This document shows positions 8,724-17,369 of a stretch of DNA of 38,117 nt, one piece after another; position 1 is the stretch's first letter; the number at the start of each line of letters is the position of its first letter. The notes under the pieces were generated by a model that worked only from the letters and a program-made list of their open reading frames with translations, searched no databases and had not been told where the DNA came from. Source of the stretch: Candidatus Nanohaloarchaea archaeon (GTDB lineage: Archaea; Nanohalarchaeota; Nanosalinia; Nanosalinales; Nanosalinaceae); NCBI GenBank assembly GCA_042218495.1, contig JBDGRC010000067.1, forward strand, positions 1 to 38,117. Direction: 5' to 3'. The position numbers were made by a program, and so were the translations under genes.

Positions 8724-9871
8724 TGGAGAAGATGGACTGGAGCTACTTCACTGACAAGCCCGGTATCAAGGGTTCCCTGAAGGAGCAGGTGGATGACTTC
8801 TTCGTCAAGGAGCTGGCCTCCCACGACGCCGGAGAGGATGGAGAGCACCTGATAATCAAGCTCAGGAAACAGAACATGACGACAATGGAGGCGGTTGACA
8901 AGCTGTCTAACATGCTCCATATATCCCAGGACAGGATTGGCTATGCCGGAAACAAGGACAAGAGAGCGGTCACGGAGCAGCATGTTTCCATCAAGGACGC
9001 GAGCGAGGAGGAGGTAAACCAGATATTCACGGACGAGTTCGAGGTCGAAGTGGTCGGCCGGAACGGCCACATAGGTCTAGGCAACCTGCAGGCGAACAGG
9101 TTCGAGATAAATATAAGGGATCTCTCGCTGCCCGAACAGGACCTGAAAAACAGGGCGAACGGCATAGTGGAGGAGATGGATGGAAAGTTCCCCAACTACT
9201 TCGGAGAGCAGCGCTTCGGCAGCACAAGACCTATAACGCACCAGGTCGGCCGGCTGATCCTCAAAGGCGAGTTCGAGGAGGCGGTCTGGACTTACATTGC
9301 CAAGCCTTACGATCAGGAGTACTCGTCGATAAGGAAGGTGAGGGAGGAGCTGTGGGAGACCAGGCAGGTGGAGGACGCCGCGGAAAAGTTCCCGAAGCAG
9401 TACAGGTACGAAAAGGCTCTCCTCTACCACCTCACGAAGAACGAGGGGGACTACAAGGGGGCGCTAAAGAGGCTTCCGGAAGGACTGCAGCAGCTTTTCG
9501 TTCACGCGTACCAGTCATGGGTCTTCAACAGAACACTTTCGACGCTTCTGGACGAGGGCTGGTACGATGAGAAGTACGAGATACCGCTCGTCGGGTTCAA
9601 AACTGATCTAAAGGACAACAGGCCGGAGAACATAATAGAGGATGTTCTGGAGCAGGAGGGCATCTCCAGAGAGGACTTCAGGTTGCAGGAGATGCCGGAA
9701 TTAAGGAGTGAGGGTAGCTACAGGAGAGCTTTCGGAGACTTCCGGAACTTCGACGTCCTGGGGGTGGAGGAGGACGATCTGAACATGTCCAGCAACATGA
9801 TGTCGGTAGGGTTTGATCTTCCAAAAGGTTCCTACGCGACGGTGTTCTTGAGAGAGATAATGAAGAACTAA
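8720..9871 (+). CDS. truD: tRNA pseudouridine(13) synthase
   Basis: DFFVKE, YAGNKDKRAVTEQ (catalytic Asp), GNLQANRF, FPNYFGEQRFG, HAYQS, FDLPKGSYATVFLRE. Confidence 0.95.
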   Translation: MMEKMDWSYFTDKPGIKGSLKEQVDDFFVKELASHDAGEDGEHLIIKLRKQNMTTMEAVDKLSNMLHISQDRIGYAGNKDKRAVTEQHVSIKDASEEEVNQIFTDEFEVEVVGRNGHIGLGNLQANRFEINIRDLSLPEQDLKNRANGIVEEMDGKFPNYFGEQRFGSTRPITHQVGRLILKGEFEEAVWTYIAKPYDQEYSSIRKVREELWETRQVEDAAEKFPKQYRYEKALLYHLTKNEGDYKGALKRLPEGLQQLFVHAYQSWVFNRTLSTLLDEGWYDEKYEIPLVGFKTDLKDNRPENIIEDVLEQEGISREDFRLQEMPELRSEGSYRRAFGDFRNFDVLGVEEDDLNMSSNMMSVGFDLPKGSYATVFLREIMKN

Positions 9872-9881
9872 GGATGGGAAG

Positions 9882-11129
9882 ATGCTTGAGATCCTCATAA
9901 TGCTGATTTACGTCGTAATACTTTACAACGCGTTCTTCATTCTCACCGTGCTTCTTGAGCTGGACACTGTCCAGGAGGAGGTGGAATGGAGGGATGAATG
10001 GCCATCTCTCACAGTCATTGTGCCCGCTTACAATGAAGAGGACTGTATAGAAAAGACGATAGAGTCCCTTCTGGATGCTGATTATCCCCGTCTTGAGATT
10101 GTCGCGGTGAACGACGGAAGCACCGACGGAACTCCTGAAGTCCTCGAGAAATACCGGGAGCAAGATTGTTTCCGTCTCATTAACCAGGAGAATCAGGGAA
10201 AGGGCGCTGCGCTCAACAGAGGGCTTGAAGAGCTGGATACGGAGCTTTTCGCGGTCCTTGATGCTGACTCGAGAGTCAAGAAGGACTCTCTCAAGAACAT
10301 CGTTTCGGAAATGTCGGATGACTCGGCGGCGATCGCCTGTGCGATGCTCGTGGATTCTCCCTCAAATCTGCTCCAGCGGCTTCAGCAGATTGAATACGTG
10401 GTTGGGATCTTCCTGAGAAAGGTGATGTGGCCTCTAGACTCCATACACATTACTCCTGGTCCGATGTCAGTGTACCGAACCGAGAAGATCCGCGAGATAG
10501 GCGGGTTCGACGAAGAATCTCTGGTGGAGGACCAGGAGATATGCTGGCGCCTGCAGGAAAAACATGAGAAGATAGAGCATTCGAGGCACGGAAGATCTTA
10601 TACGGAGGCTCCGGAAACTCTGAGAGAGTTCTACAACCAGAGGACTCGGTGGTGGGCCGGATCCTTCCAGTGCCTGATAGACAACAGAGAAAAGCTGCTG
10701 AATCCTCGCTATGGCGACTTTGGAATGTTTGTAGCTCCAATAAAGGCTATTCAGGCATTTCTCTCGATAATTGGTCTTTTCCTGATGATATACTTTACCC
10801 TGGAACCTATACTAGCTTTTTTGAATGATTTTGCCAGGATAGGCTGGTCTGCGTTTAAATTTGGCTTCTCTTTCAGCGTTGAAGGGGTCTTTAACGCTGC
10901 TTTCTGGACGGTTTTCACTAACAATCTGGTCCTGCTTTCTCTGCTGGGAACTCTCTTCCTGCAGTCATCAGCGCTGGTCTACCTTGCGGCAGTTCACGCC
11001 GATCAGAACCTCAGAGAGATAGGGGTCCTGCCGACCGCGATCTACGTCTTCTGGTTCTTCGCTATCTCAGGCTTTCTATCCCTGGTATCTATAATCAAGG
11101 TCGCGAGAAGAAGGGAGATAGAATGGTAA
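9882..11129 (+). CDS. GT2 processive-type glycosyltransferase (CesA/PgaC-like)
   Basis: IVPAYNEE, VNDGSTD, GKGAALN, DAD, VED, QRTRW (QxxRW), with flanking TM helices. Confidence 0.9.
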   Translation: MLEILIMLIYVVILYNAFFILTVLLELDTVQEEVEWRDEWPSLTVIVPAYNEEDCIEKTIESLLDADYPRLEIVAVNDGSTDGTPEVLEKYREQDCFRLINQENQGKGAALNRGLEELDTELFAVLDADSRVKKDSLKNIVSEMSDDSAAIACAMLVDSPSNLLQRLQQIEYVVGIFLRKVMWPLDSIHITPGPMSVYRTEKIREIGGFDEESLVEDQEICWRLQEKHEKIEHSRHGRSYTEAPETLREFYNQRTRWWAGSFQCLIDNREKLLNPRYGDFGMFVAPIKAIQAFLSIIGLFLMIYFTLEPILAFLNDFARIGWSAFKFGFSFSVEGVFNAAFWTVFTNNLVLLSLLGTLFLQSSALVYLAAVHADQNLREIGVLPTAIYVFWFFAISGFLSLVSIIKVARRREIEW

Positions 11130-12490
11130 AGTCCGGCGATCGTAAGATCTTCGGGCTGGTTCTTGCTGCCTTCGCTCTGATAGAGCTAGCGGTCGTGTAC
11201 GCTGCATGGAACCTTCCGCTGGTCTGGGACTCATCGGTCTACCTGGCTATGGGCAAGAACATGTTCTCTCTAGGGAGATTTGGCTTCTGGGAGGTGTACA
11301 GGCCTCCCGTTATGCCAATAATACTAGGAACAGGATGGTTTTTTGGTTTGGAGGCTCGGGCGATGCGCCTTGTCTCGCTCCTGATCTCCTGCCTAGCGGT
11401 TTCAGCTCTTTATCTGGTTGTCGAGCGACTTGAGGGTTCGAGAGCGGCCCTGTATTCATCTCTTTCTCTCGCAGGATCATTCATTTTTCTGAGGTTTACT
11501 GTCGATCCCCTGACGGGAATAGCAGCCTCCGGTCTTATCCTTTTGTCTCTTTACTTTCTGGAGACAGACAGGATGCTAGTCTCGGGATCGCTCGCCGGCC
11601 TTGCGTTCCTTACACGCTTCCCGGCTGCGCTGGTATGTCTGGCCTCAGCCCTCTACATATTACAGAGCGAAGGCTACGATTTAAGATCCGCGTCCCGGAA
11701 GATACTCGCTTACGGCGGAGGCTTCTCTGTCTTCCTCGTGATGTATCTGGCCGCTTCCCAGGTTTTCTTCGGGAGCTTCTTTGAACCATTTGCAACCAGC
11801 CTGAGAGTTACTTCTGCAGCCACGGAGAGGTACTTATTTGGGCTTTACTTTCTCTGGAGTGCGATAGAGTCCTCTCCCATGTATCTCCTGGCTCTGCCAG
11901 GGCTCTACGTTTTTTCAAAGGTTCGTTCATCGACACAGAAGCTATTTTTTATTCCTCTAGTTATTTTCTACGTCTTTTTCACCGCTTTTCCCCATAAGGT
12001 CGGGCGTTACGTTCTGCTCTTCCTGCCCCTGATGGCATACTTCGCTGGGATAGGGATGAAGGCTCTGGAGAACAGGGCGCCCATCGATCCCGGGAAGGTC
12101 CGCGCGGCACTCGTCGGAGTCGGTCTGATCGTGATGATGGCGAACGGAGTTGGGGTGTTCGGTCTGAACGACTACAGATCCCAGGAGAGAGCTGAATTCT
12201 ACAGCTACGTCTCGGAGTTAAACGGCACGGTGGCTTCAAACGATCCGAGAGTGAACGCCTATGGAGATTTTATCTACGAGCCTGTACCTCCTGCCAAACT
12301 CGACAGCGTGTGGGAGAAACGTTCAGAGTACGATTACGTGGTTATTAACTCATGTCAGTGGTACTGCAGCAACGTGGGTCCCGGTTGCAGGTCCGACATC
12401 CGCGAGTTCGAGTCGAGGCTCTCGAACCTCACAAGGGGTTTTGAATCTAACGCGGACCAATGTAGTTACAGGGTGTACAGTCAGCGATGA
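11123..12490 (+). CDS. GT-C membrane glycosyltransferase (PMT/ArnT-like)
   Basis: WDSSVY in the first loop, RPP motif, LAFLTRF, RYVLLFLP, about 11 TM helices and a C-terminal soluble domain. Confidence 0.8.
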   Translation: MVKSGDRKIFGLVLAAFALIELAVVYAAWNLPLVWDSSVYLAMGKNMFSLGRFGFWEVYRPPVMPIILGTGWFFGLEARAMRLVSLLISCLAVSALYLVVERLEGSRAALYSSLSLAGSFIFLRFTVDPLTGIAASGLILLSLYFLETDRMLVSGSLAGLAFLTRFPAALVCLASALYILQSEGYDLRSASRKILAYGGGFSVFLVMYLAASQVFFGSFFEPFATSLRVTSAATERYLFGLYFLWSAIESSPMYLLALPGLYVFSKVRSSTQKLFFIPLVIFYVFFTAFPHKVGRYVLLFLPLMAYFAGIGMKALENRAPIDPGKVRAALVGVGLIVMMANGVGVFGLNDYRSQERAEFYSYVSELNGTVASNDPRVNAYGDFIYEPVPPAKLDSVWEKRSEYDYVVINSCQWYCSNVGPGCRSDIREFESRLSNLTRGFESNADQCSYRVYSQR

Positions 12491-13143
12491 GACAGATGGA
12501 CAGGTACAGGTATCTGGTTGCGGCTTTCCTTACCGGGGTCATATTCCTTACAGGAGTGCTTGTTTCAGATGCTGCTGACAGCTTCCGTTCCCAGGAGCTC
12601 AAGACTGAGCTGGAGCAGGACCTTGTTCAGCTGGAGTCCAGCCAGATACAGCTGAATTACCTGAGATCTGAGAACGTCTCCTGCAGCACGATGAAAGCGG
12701 GACTTCGGTCGATAGTCGAGGGATACAACGACAGGCTTTCCAAGGTGCAGAGATTCCAGGAAAGAAGTCTGCTGAACTCCGAGAGGTTTGAGCTCCTCAA
12801 GAAAAGATACACGAACTCGGGTTTAAGATACTGGATGTTCGCGAGGAATATGAAGAGTGAATGCGGCTATTCGCCTGATATAGTGCTTTTCTTCACGTCT
12901 TCCATTGGGGATAAGTCCTGCGAGAAGTGCCAGATGATGGGAGAGCAGCTGTCTCTTCTCAAAAAGGAGAGAGGTAGAGATCTGCTCGTTTTCTCGGTGC
13001 CGACGGAAAGCGACAGCGGTATGGCGGATTTACTCCAGAAGAAGTACGGTGTCGAGGATCCGCCTGCCGCTGTTATAAACGGCAACAGGACTCTCATGGG
13101 CTACAAAAGCCTCTCTGAGCTGAAGAGTGTTCTCGGGTCATGA
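12487..13143 (+). CDS. Membrane-anchored coiled-coil plus thioredoxin-like (CxxC) protein
   Basis: N-terminal TM, helical region, then IVLFF..SCEKC..MG..L and KYGVEDPPAAVING (cis-Pro loop). Confidence 0.65.
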   Translation: MRQMDRYRYLVAAFLTGVIFLTGVLVSDAADSFRSQELKTELEQDLVQLESSQIQLNYLRSENVSCSTMKAGLRSIVEGYNDRLSKVQRFQERSLLNSERFELLKKRYTNSGLRYWMFARNMKSECGYSPDIVLFFTSSIGDKSCEKCQMMGEQLSLLKKERGRDLLVFSVPTESDSGMADLLQKKYGVEDPPAAVINGNRTLMGYKSLSELKSVLGS

Positions 13144-13433
13144 AAGACGTCGGGGTTGCTCTCAAGGTTCTTGCAGTTCTTCTGGTGGTCCTGGCGCCGG
13201 CTGCTGGATTTTTCATGACTCAGAATTCTGGTCCAACTGGAGGGAGCTACTGCCGGGCTCTCGAGTCCAATCTCCGGGATTCTGGTAACTTCTCAGGTCC
13301 CGTGGCGTGTTCAGCGGCCGATGAAGGTGAGGGAAACTCCTCTGTAGCTGAAAAAACGACCCTGGTCTGCTCCTGCAGAACCGTGGTTGACGGCGACGAA
13401 AGAGTCTTCAACGTCAGAAAGGCTAGTAGGTGA
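13140..13433 (+). CDS. Small membrane-anchored Cys-rich hypothetical protein
   Basis: ATGA overlap with the upstream gene, N-terminal hydrophobic helix, 4 Cys. Confidence 0.65.
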   Translation: MKDVGVALKVLAVLLVVLAPAAGFFMTQNSGPTGGSYCRALESNLRDSGNFSGPVACSAADEGEGNSSVAEKTTLVCSCRTVVDGDERVFNVRKASR

Positions 13434-14307
13434 ACTTTTTCTTCAGTGAAAGCCTGTTGCTCCGGCCTGACTTCTTTTTATCGAGGATATCCTTGTCGAC
13501 AAGCGAGGACACTACCCCGGAGATCTTCGCCTTCGAGTATTCGCTCCTGTCGACGAGATCCTTCTGGAGTATAGATCCCTCGTTGTCAGCTATGGTTTCA
13601 ACGACTTCTATCTCGTCTTCATCAAGCTCTGGAAATACCGAGCTCAGCTCCTCCGACCTGTGGATACGGTAGAAGAAGTAGAGCCCGGCCGCCAGGCCCA
13701 GGGTCGCCAGTATTATGCCTATTACGATCTCACCGTCTATCCTGTCATCTCTGATCACCCTGTACTCCGCGCTGAAGGTGACTCCGGATCCCAGCTCGGG
13801 ATTTCTCTCCCAGGTAACTCCGATGCGCTGTCCATCGGTCCGTATGCTTCCGTTTTTTGGAATAACTGAGCTGTCAGTCTCGTTTCTGACAAGCAGACCT
13901 CCTCTCGGGAGAAGGACATCCAGCCTGTAGTTTTCGGTCGGCCTGGTGAAGTTCTTCTGGAAGCGGAACACTTTCTTTCCGTTCCTGCCCTTTTTGAGGT
14001 CCTCCGAACTGTATTCGATTTCCAGAGTAAAGTTCTGCTTCACCTGTGTCGGGCAGCTGATCTGGGAGCCCGACTCGGATCGGAAGACGCGGCAGCTCGC
14101 CTTCTCTCCGTCTATCGACGTCCTTACATCGCTCATTCTTACTGGCGCGTAGTAGGTGAGACGGGAAGAGGTCAGTTCTTTCACGTCCAGATGAACGCTG
14201 ACCGTCGAGTCCTCTAGATCCACACTCACTTCTTCGCTGGCTATGGTCGTCCCGGTAGCCGACCCGGCGATGAAGAGGATGGAGAGCCCGACCAGTAGCT
14301 TCCTCAT
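13423..14307 (-). CDS. Membrane-associated transcriptional regulator (COG2512-like): signal peptide, extracellular beta domain, TM, cytoplasmic wHTH
   Basis: C-terminal LDEDEIEVV..GSILQKDLVDRSEYSKAKISGVVSSLVDKDILDKKKSGRSN winged-helix pattern. Confidence 0.8.
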   Translation of the reverse strand: MRKLLVGLSILFIAGSATGTTIASEEVSVDLEDSTVSVHLDVKELTSSRLTYYAPVRMSDVRTSIDGEKASCRVFRSESGSQISCPTQVKQNFTLEIEYSSEDLKKGRNGKKVFRFQKNFTRPTENYRLDVLLPRGGLLVRNETDSSVIPKNGSIRTDGQRIGVTWERNPELGSGVTFSAEYRVIRDDRIDGEIVIGIILATLGLAAGLYFFYRIHRSEELSSVFPELDEDEIEVVETIADNEGSILQKDLVDRSEYSKAKISGVVSSLVDKDILDKKKSGRSNRLSLKKKFTY

Positions 14308-14339
14308 ACTACCATTGAAGCCGGGTAGCGTTAAATAGC

Positions 14340-14738
14340 TTATTCGGTTGCGCGAGATATCAGCATCCCGCCGGCTCCCGAGCTAGCATACTGTTGCATC
14401 ATCTCAACGACGTTCTGAACGGATCCCTGCAGGTCTTTCAGCGGTATTTCAAGGTTCTCGGGTTCCTCGACCTGCACGTAGGTGGGTCCGTAGTTTATCA
14501 CGGTCTGCATCAGCGTAGTCAGGTTTTCTATCTCTATCCTGGACTCGCAGACCTGCGAGAAGCCTTTCTCGAGCCCCGGGTGCGGATCCTTCATCTCCGA
14601 GATGTCGTCGAACTCCTTCTCTATTATTTCCAGCCCCTCATCCTCAGACATCAGATTCAGGTGCTCTTCCAGAGAATCCTTGACGTCTTGCTCCCTGGGT
14701 CCGACGGCCTCGAAAACCATCCAAGCTTTGATCGTCAT
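14340..14738 (-). CDS. Hypothetical cytoplasmic protein
   Basis: Acidic 132-aa ORF filling the gap, with alpha/beta pattern and a YGPTYVQVEEP motif. Confidence 0.75.
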   Translation of the reverse strand: MTIKAWMVFEAVGPREQDVKDSLEEHLNLMSEDEGLEIIEKEFDDISEMKDPHPGLEKGFSQVCESRIEIENLTTLMQTVINYGPTYVQVEEPENLEIPLKDLQGSVQNVVEMMQQYASSGAGGMLISRATE

Positions 14739-14836
14739 GCAAAATATCTGCTCTCCCAGAGTTAAAAATCGGTGAGTGGTCCGTGGATCATGGGGTCTTG
14801 AAAAGCCAGTTAAGTCTGGAGCTATCTACTGGTATC

Positions 14837-16183
14837 ATGAACCTCGTCAGGTGGATCCAGGTTCTGATACTGACTGCCTTGACTCTGGCTTTCCTGGGCC
14901 CCGGCTCGGCGGCATCCACCTTCGGTAGCGGCAACAGCGAGCCTCTTCCGAACGTGACTTCGGTGGAGGTCTACGACGTTACCGGGCTTTCGTCTTCACA
15001 GAAGGAGACAGGTGGAGAGCTGGTGGACTCCGGACTGAATACTACTCTAACTCTGAACCAGACTGAGAGCTGGCGTCTCTACAGGACTGAGTTCAGCATT
15101 TCGAATGACGGCGACCAGGACTGGCAGCTGTCGAGCAGTGATAATCTGACCCACCAGGGTCTAAACTCGTCCTGGGTTCTCGAGAAGGTATGGTATAACA
15201 TTTCCCAGGACTACGATACCGGGACATACTCTTCCGGAAAGGTTGAATGGAACACGAGCAAGGGAGGCAATCTGCCCGCCGGAGAGGTCCTCCACGCGAA
15301 ACACATAATCAACGTTTCTGCAGGTTCATCAGCCAGTTACTCGCCTGAGTTCCTGGTAAACGACTCTTCCGAAAGTGCTGGAAGCCAGGATCGCCACAGG
15401 CTCGACATTAACCGGCTCGGATGGTTGAACGTAAGTTTGGTCACGCCTCCCAACGACACCGTGGTCACGCAGAACAGGACCTTCAGGCTCAACGCCTCCG
15501 TGGTCTGCGATGGAGGAGAGTGCGGAGAAGTGGAGGTCAGTCCGAGGTACAACGCCTCCTCCCGGGAGCCTGATACCGTCATTCCATCGTCCGAGCAGGA
15601 GCCGCTCTACGTGAACAGCTCGTCAACCAGAACTTGCAGCAGCTCGCTACTGAAAGGCGAGCGATGCTACGTCTCGTGGTACGTGAACGCGACCGGCGAC
15701 CTGAGATCGTACCACAGGATTGATGCCCTGGCCAGTTCAAGCTACAGTTCGGTAGACAACAATGATTCTGAGAACAGCCTCATACAGATCAACAGGGCTC
15801 TCCTGATCGACTTCTCATGGTCCACGACGAGCTTCGGGAACCTCGATCCCGGAGAGAGAGACGTCCCTGCCGAGGGCAACTCGAAGATGGCCTACAACCT
15901 GACTGTGACACAGGACTCGGAGCCGGTCGACTCTCTCTGGATCAAGTCGACCGATCTCGACTCATTGCAGGACAGCTATAGCATTCCGGCGGAAAACATG
16001 AGCTACTCGACATCAAACGACATCACGTCTGAGGATTTCTTCTCGAAGAGCTACGAACTGGTCAAAAAAGACATAGATCCTGGGGAGGTGGTTAATTTCT
16101 TCTTCTGGCTGGACGTGCCCACCGGCAAGGCCGAGGGTGACTACAACGGGACCTACTTCTTCAAGGTGAACTCTACTATATGA
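14837..16183 (+). CDS. Secreted multi-domain Ig-like glycoprotein, putative fibre tip/adhesin subunit
   Basis: Signal peptide from MNLVRW, no C-terminal TM, many N-x-S/T sequons. The C-terminal domain resembles the 29616-30770 protein. Confidence 0.7.
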   Translation: MNLVRWIQVLILTALTLAFLGPGSAASTFGSGNSEPLPNVTSVEVYDVTGLSSSQKETGGELVDSGLNTTLTLNQTESWRLYRTEFSISNDGDQDWQLSSSDNLTHQGLNSSWVLEKVWYNISQDYDTGTYSSGKVEWNTSKGGNLPAGEVLHAKHIINVSAGSSASYSPEFLVNDSSESAGSQDRHRLDINRLGWLNVSLVTPPNDTVVTQNRTFRLNASVVCDGGECGEVEVSPRYNASSREPDTVIPSSEQEPLYVNSSSTRTCSSSLLKGERCYVSWYVNATGDLRSYHRIDALASSSYSSVDNNDSENSLIQINRALLIDFSWSTTSFGNLDPGERDVPAEGNSKMAYNLTVTQDSEPVDSLWIKSTDLDSLQDSYSIPAENMSYSTSNDITSEDFFSKSYELVKKDIDPGEVVNFFFWLDVPTGKAEGDYNGTYFFKVNSTI

Positions 16184-16896
16184 AAGCATCCAGATTGGCC
16201 TTGGTCCTACTGGCGGCCGTCTTTCTCTCCGAGACAGTATCTGGGGCCTCATTTGGATCTTTTCCGAGAGAAAAAGTCAAACAGGCCGGCGAGGGATCAT
16301 CAGCGAACTTCTCGATAGCTGTCTTCAACCCGGGCGATGAAAAGGTGGCTGTCCGGATTGATGCGGCGGAGAGCCAGGAGTACAGCGTGAGCTATCCTGA
16401 GGGAGTCACCTTGAGTCCTGGAAGGGTGACGGAGAGCCCCTCAGGTTCTGGCTGGTACCACCTGGGAGAGGGCAGGTTCGTCTCCATGAGGGAGCTGGAG
16501 GTCAGGGTGGAGGCGGAAAACCCGGGAAACTCCTCGGTCGTGGTTCCGTTGAAACTGATGGCGTTCAGTTCTGGCGGGGAGGACTCGGAGTCTGCCAGCA
16601 GGGCGATATACGTCGAGGAATACGATCTCAACCTCTCCGGACTGAAACCGGATAGAACTCTCTCTATCGAGGAGGAAGAGGATGGGAACGCAGTCTGGGA
16701 GGAGGTGGACGGCAAAGACGGTCGATCCGTGCAGAAAGGCGCTGAGAACAGCACTGAGGTAAGACGTAATGGTTCTAACCACAGTTCTGCATCGGAGCGG
16801 GAAGAAAAGCAGGGAGACGAAGGCGGTAGTTCCCTGACTTACGTCCTGGTTTTCGGGATAGTCGCCTCGGCTATATATCTCTACTCAGCGCTCTAG
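16180..16896 (+). CDS. Signal peptide + Ig-like domain + linker + C-terminal TM anchor
   Basis: ATGA overlap; FSIAVFNPGDEKVAVRI beta pattern; TM LTYVLVFGIVASAIYLY. Confidence 0.75.
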   Translation: MKASRLALVLLAAVFLSETVSGASFGSFPREKVKQAGEGSSANFSIAVFNPGDEKVAVRIDAAESQEYSVSYPEGVTLSPGRVTESPSGSGWYHLGEGRFVSMRELEVRVEAENPGNSSVVVPLKLMAFSSGGEDSESASRAIYVEEYDLNLSGLKPDRTLSIEEEEDGNAVWEEVDGKDGRSVQKGAENSTEVRRNGSNHSSASEREEKQGDEGGSSLTYVLVFGIVASAIYLYSAL

Positions 16897-16931
16897 CAAA
16901 GCTAATTAAGTGAGCCGGCCAAAACATTACC

Positions 16932-17351
16932 GTGAAGGAGGACGAGTTGGAGGAAGGAAGAGGGGGGCGGCTCGCGGTGGACAGGAAGGAAGTGGGCAGA
17001 ATGATGGCCGTAGCGTCTTCTCTGGTGTTCCTCATGTCCATCCAGACGTACTACAGCCTTGATACTGTCGAAACCGAAATCAAAAGTGCGGAGACGTCCC
17101 TGGAGGATACCAACGAGTACGTTACATCCGAGAGCTTTCAGCGTAGCCTGGAAGGACTCAGGGATCTTAGCGGAACCTCGGGATGGGGCCGAATATCAGG
17201 CGCGATGGAAGGATTCGAGAGATTGGAGAGAACTCTCCAGGAGGTCAGGGGGGCTTCAGATAAAATAGAGCAGGAGAAGAGGCTTTACCAGTGGCTTTCT
17301 CTACTGGGTTTCGCAGGGATAGTGGCCGGGCTATCGATCCTTTTTATCTAG
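16932..17351 (+). CDS. Two-TM protein with intervening coiled coil
   Basis: Hydrophobic helices at both ends around a heptad-like helical middle. Confidence 0.7.
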   Translation: MKEDELEEGRGGRLAVDRKEVGRMMAVASSLVFLMSIQTYYSLDTVETEIKSAETSLEDTNEYVTSESFQRSLEGLRDLSGTSGWGRISGAMEGFERLERTLQEVRGASDKIEQEKRLYQWLSLLGFAGIVAGLSILFI

Positions 17352-17369
17352 AGGTGCCAAGTAGAGTTC

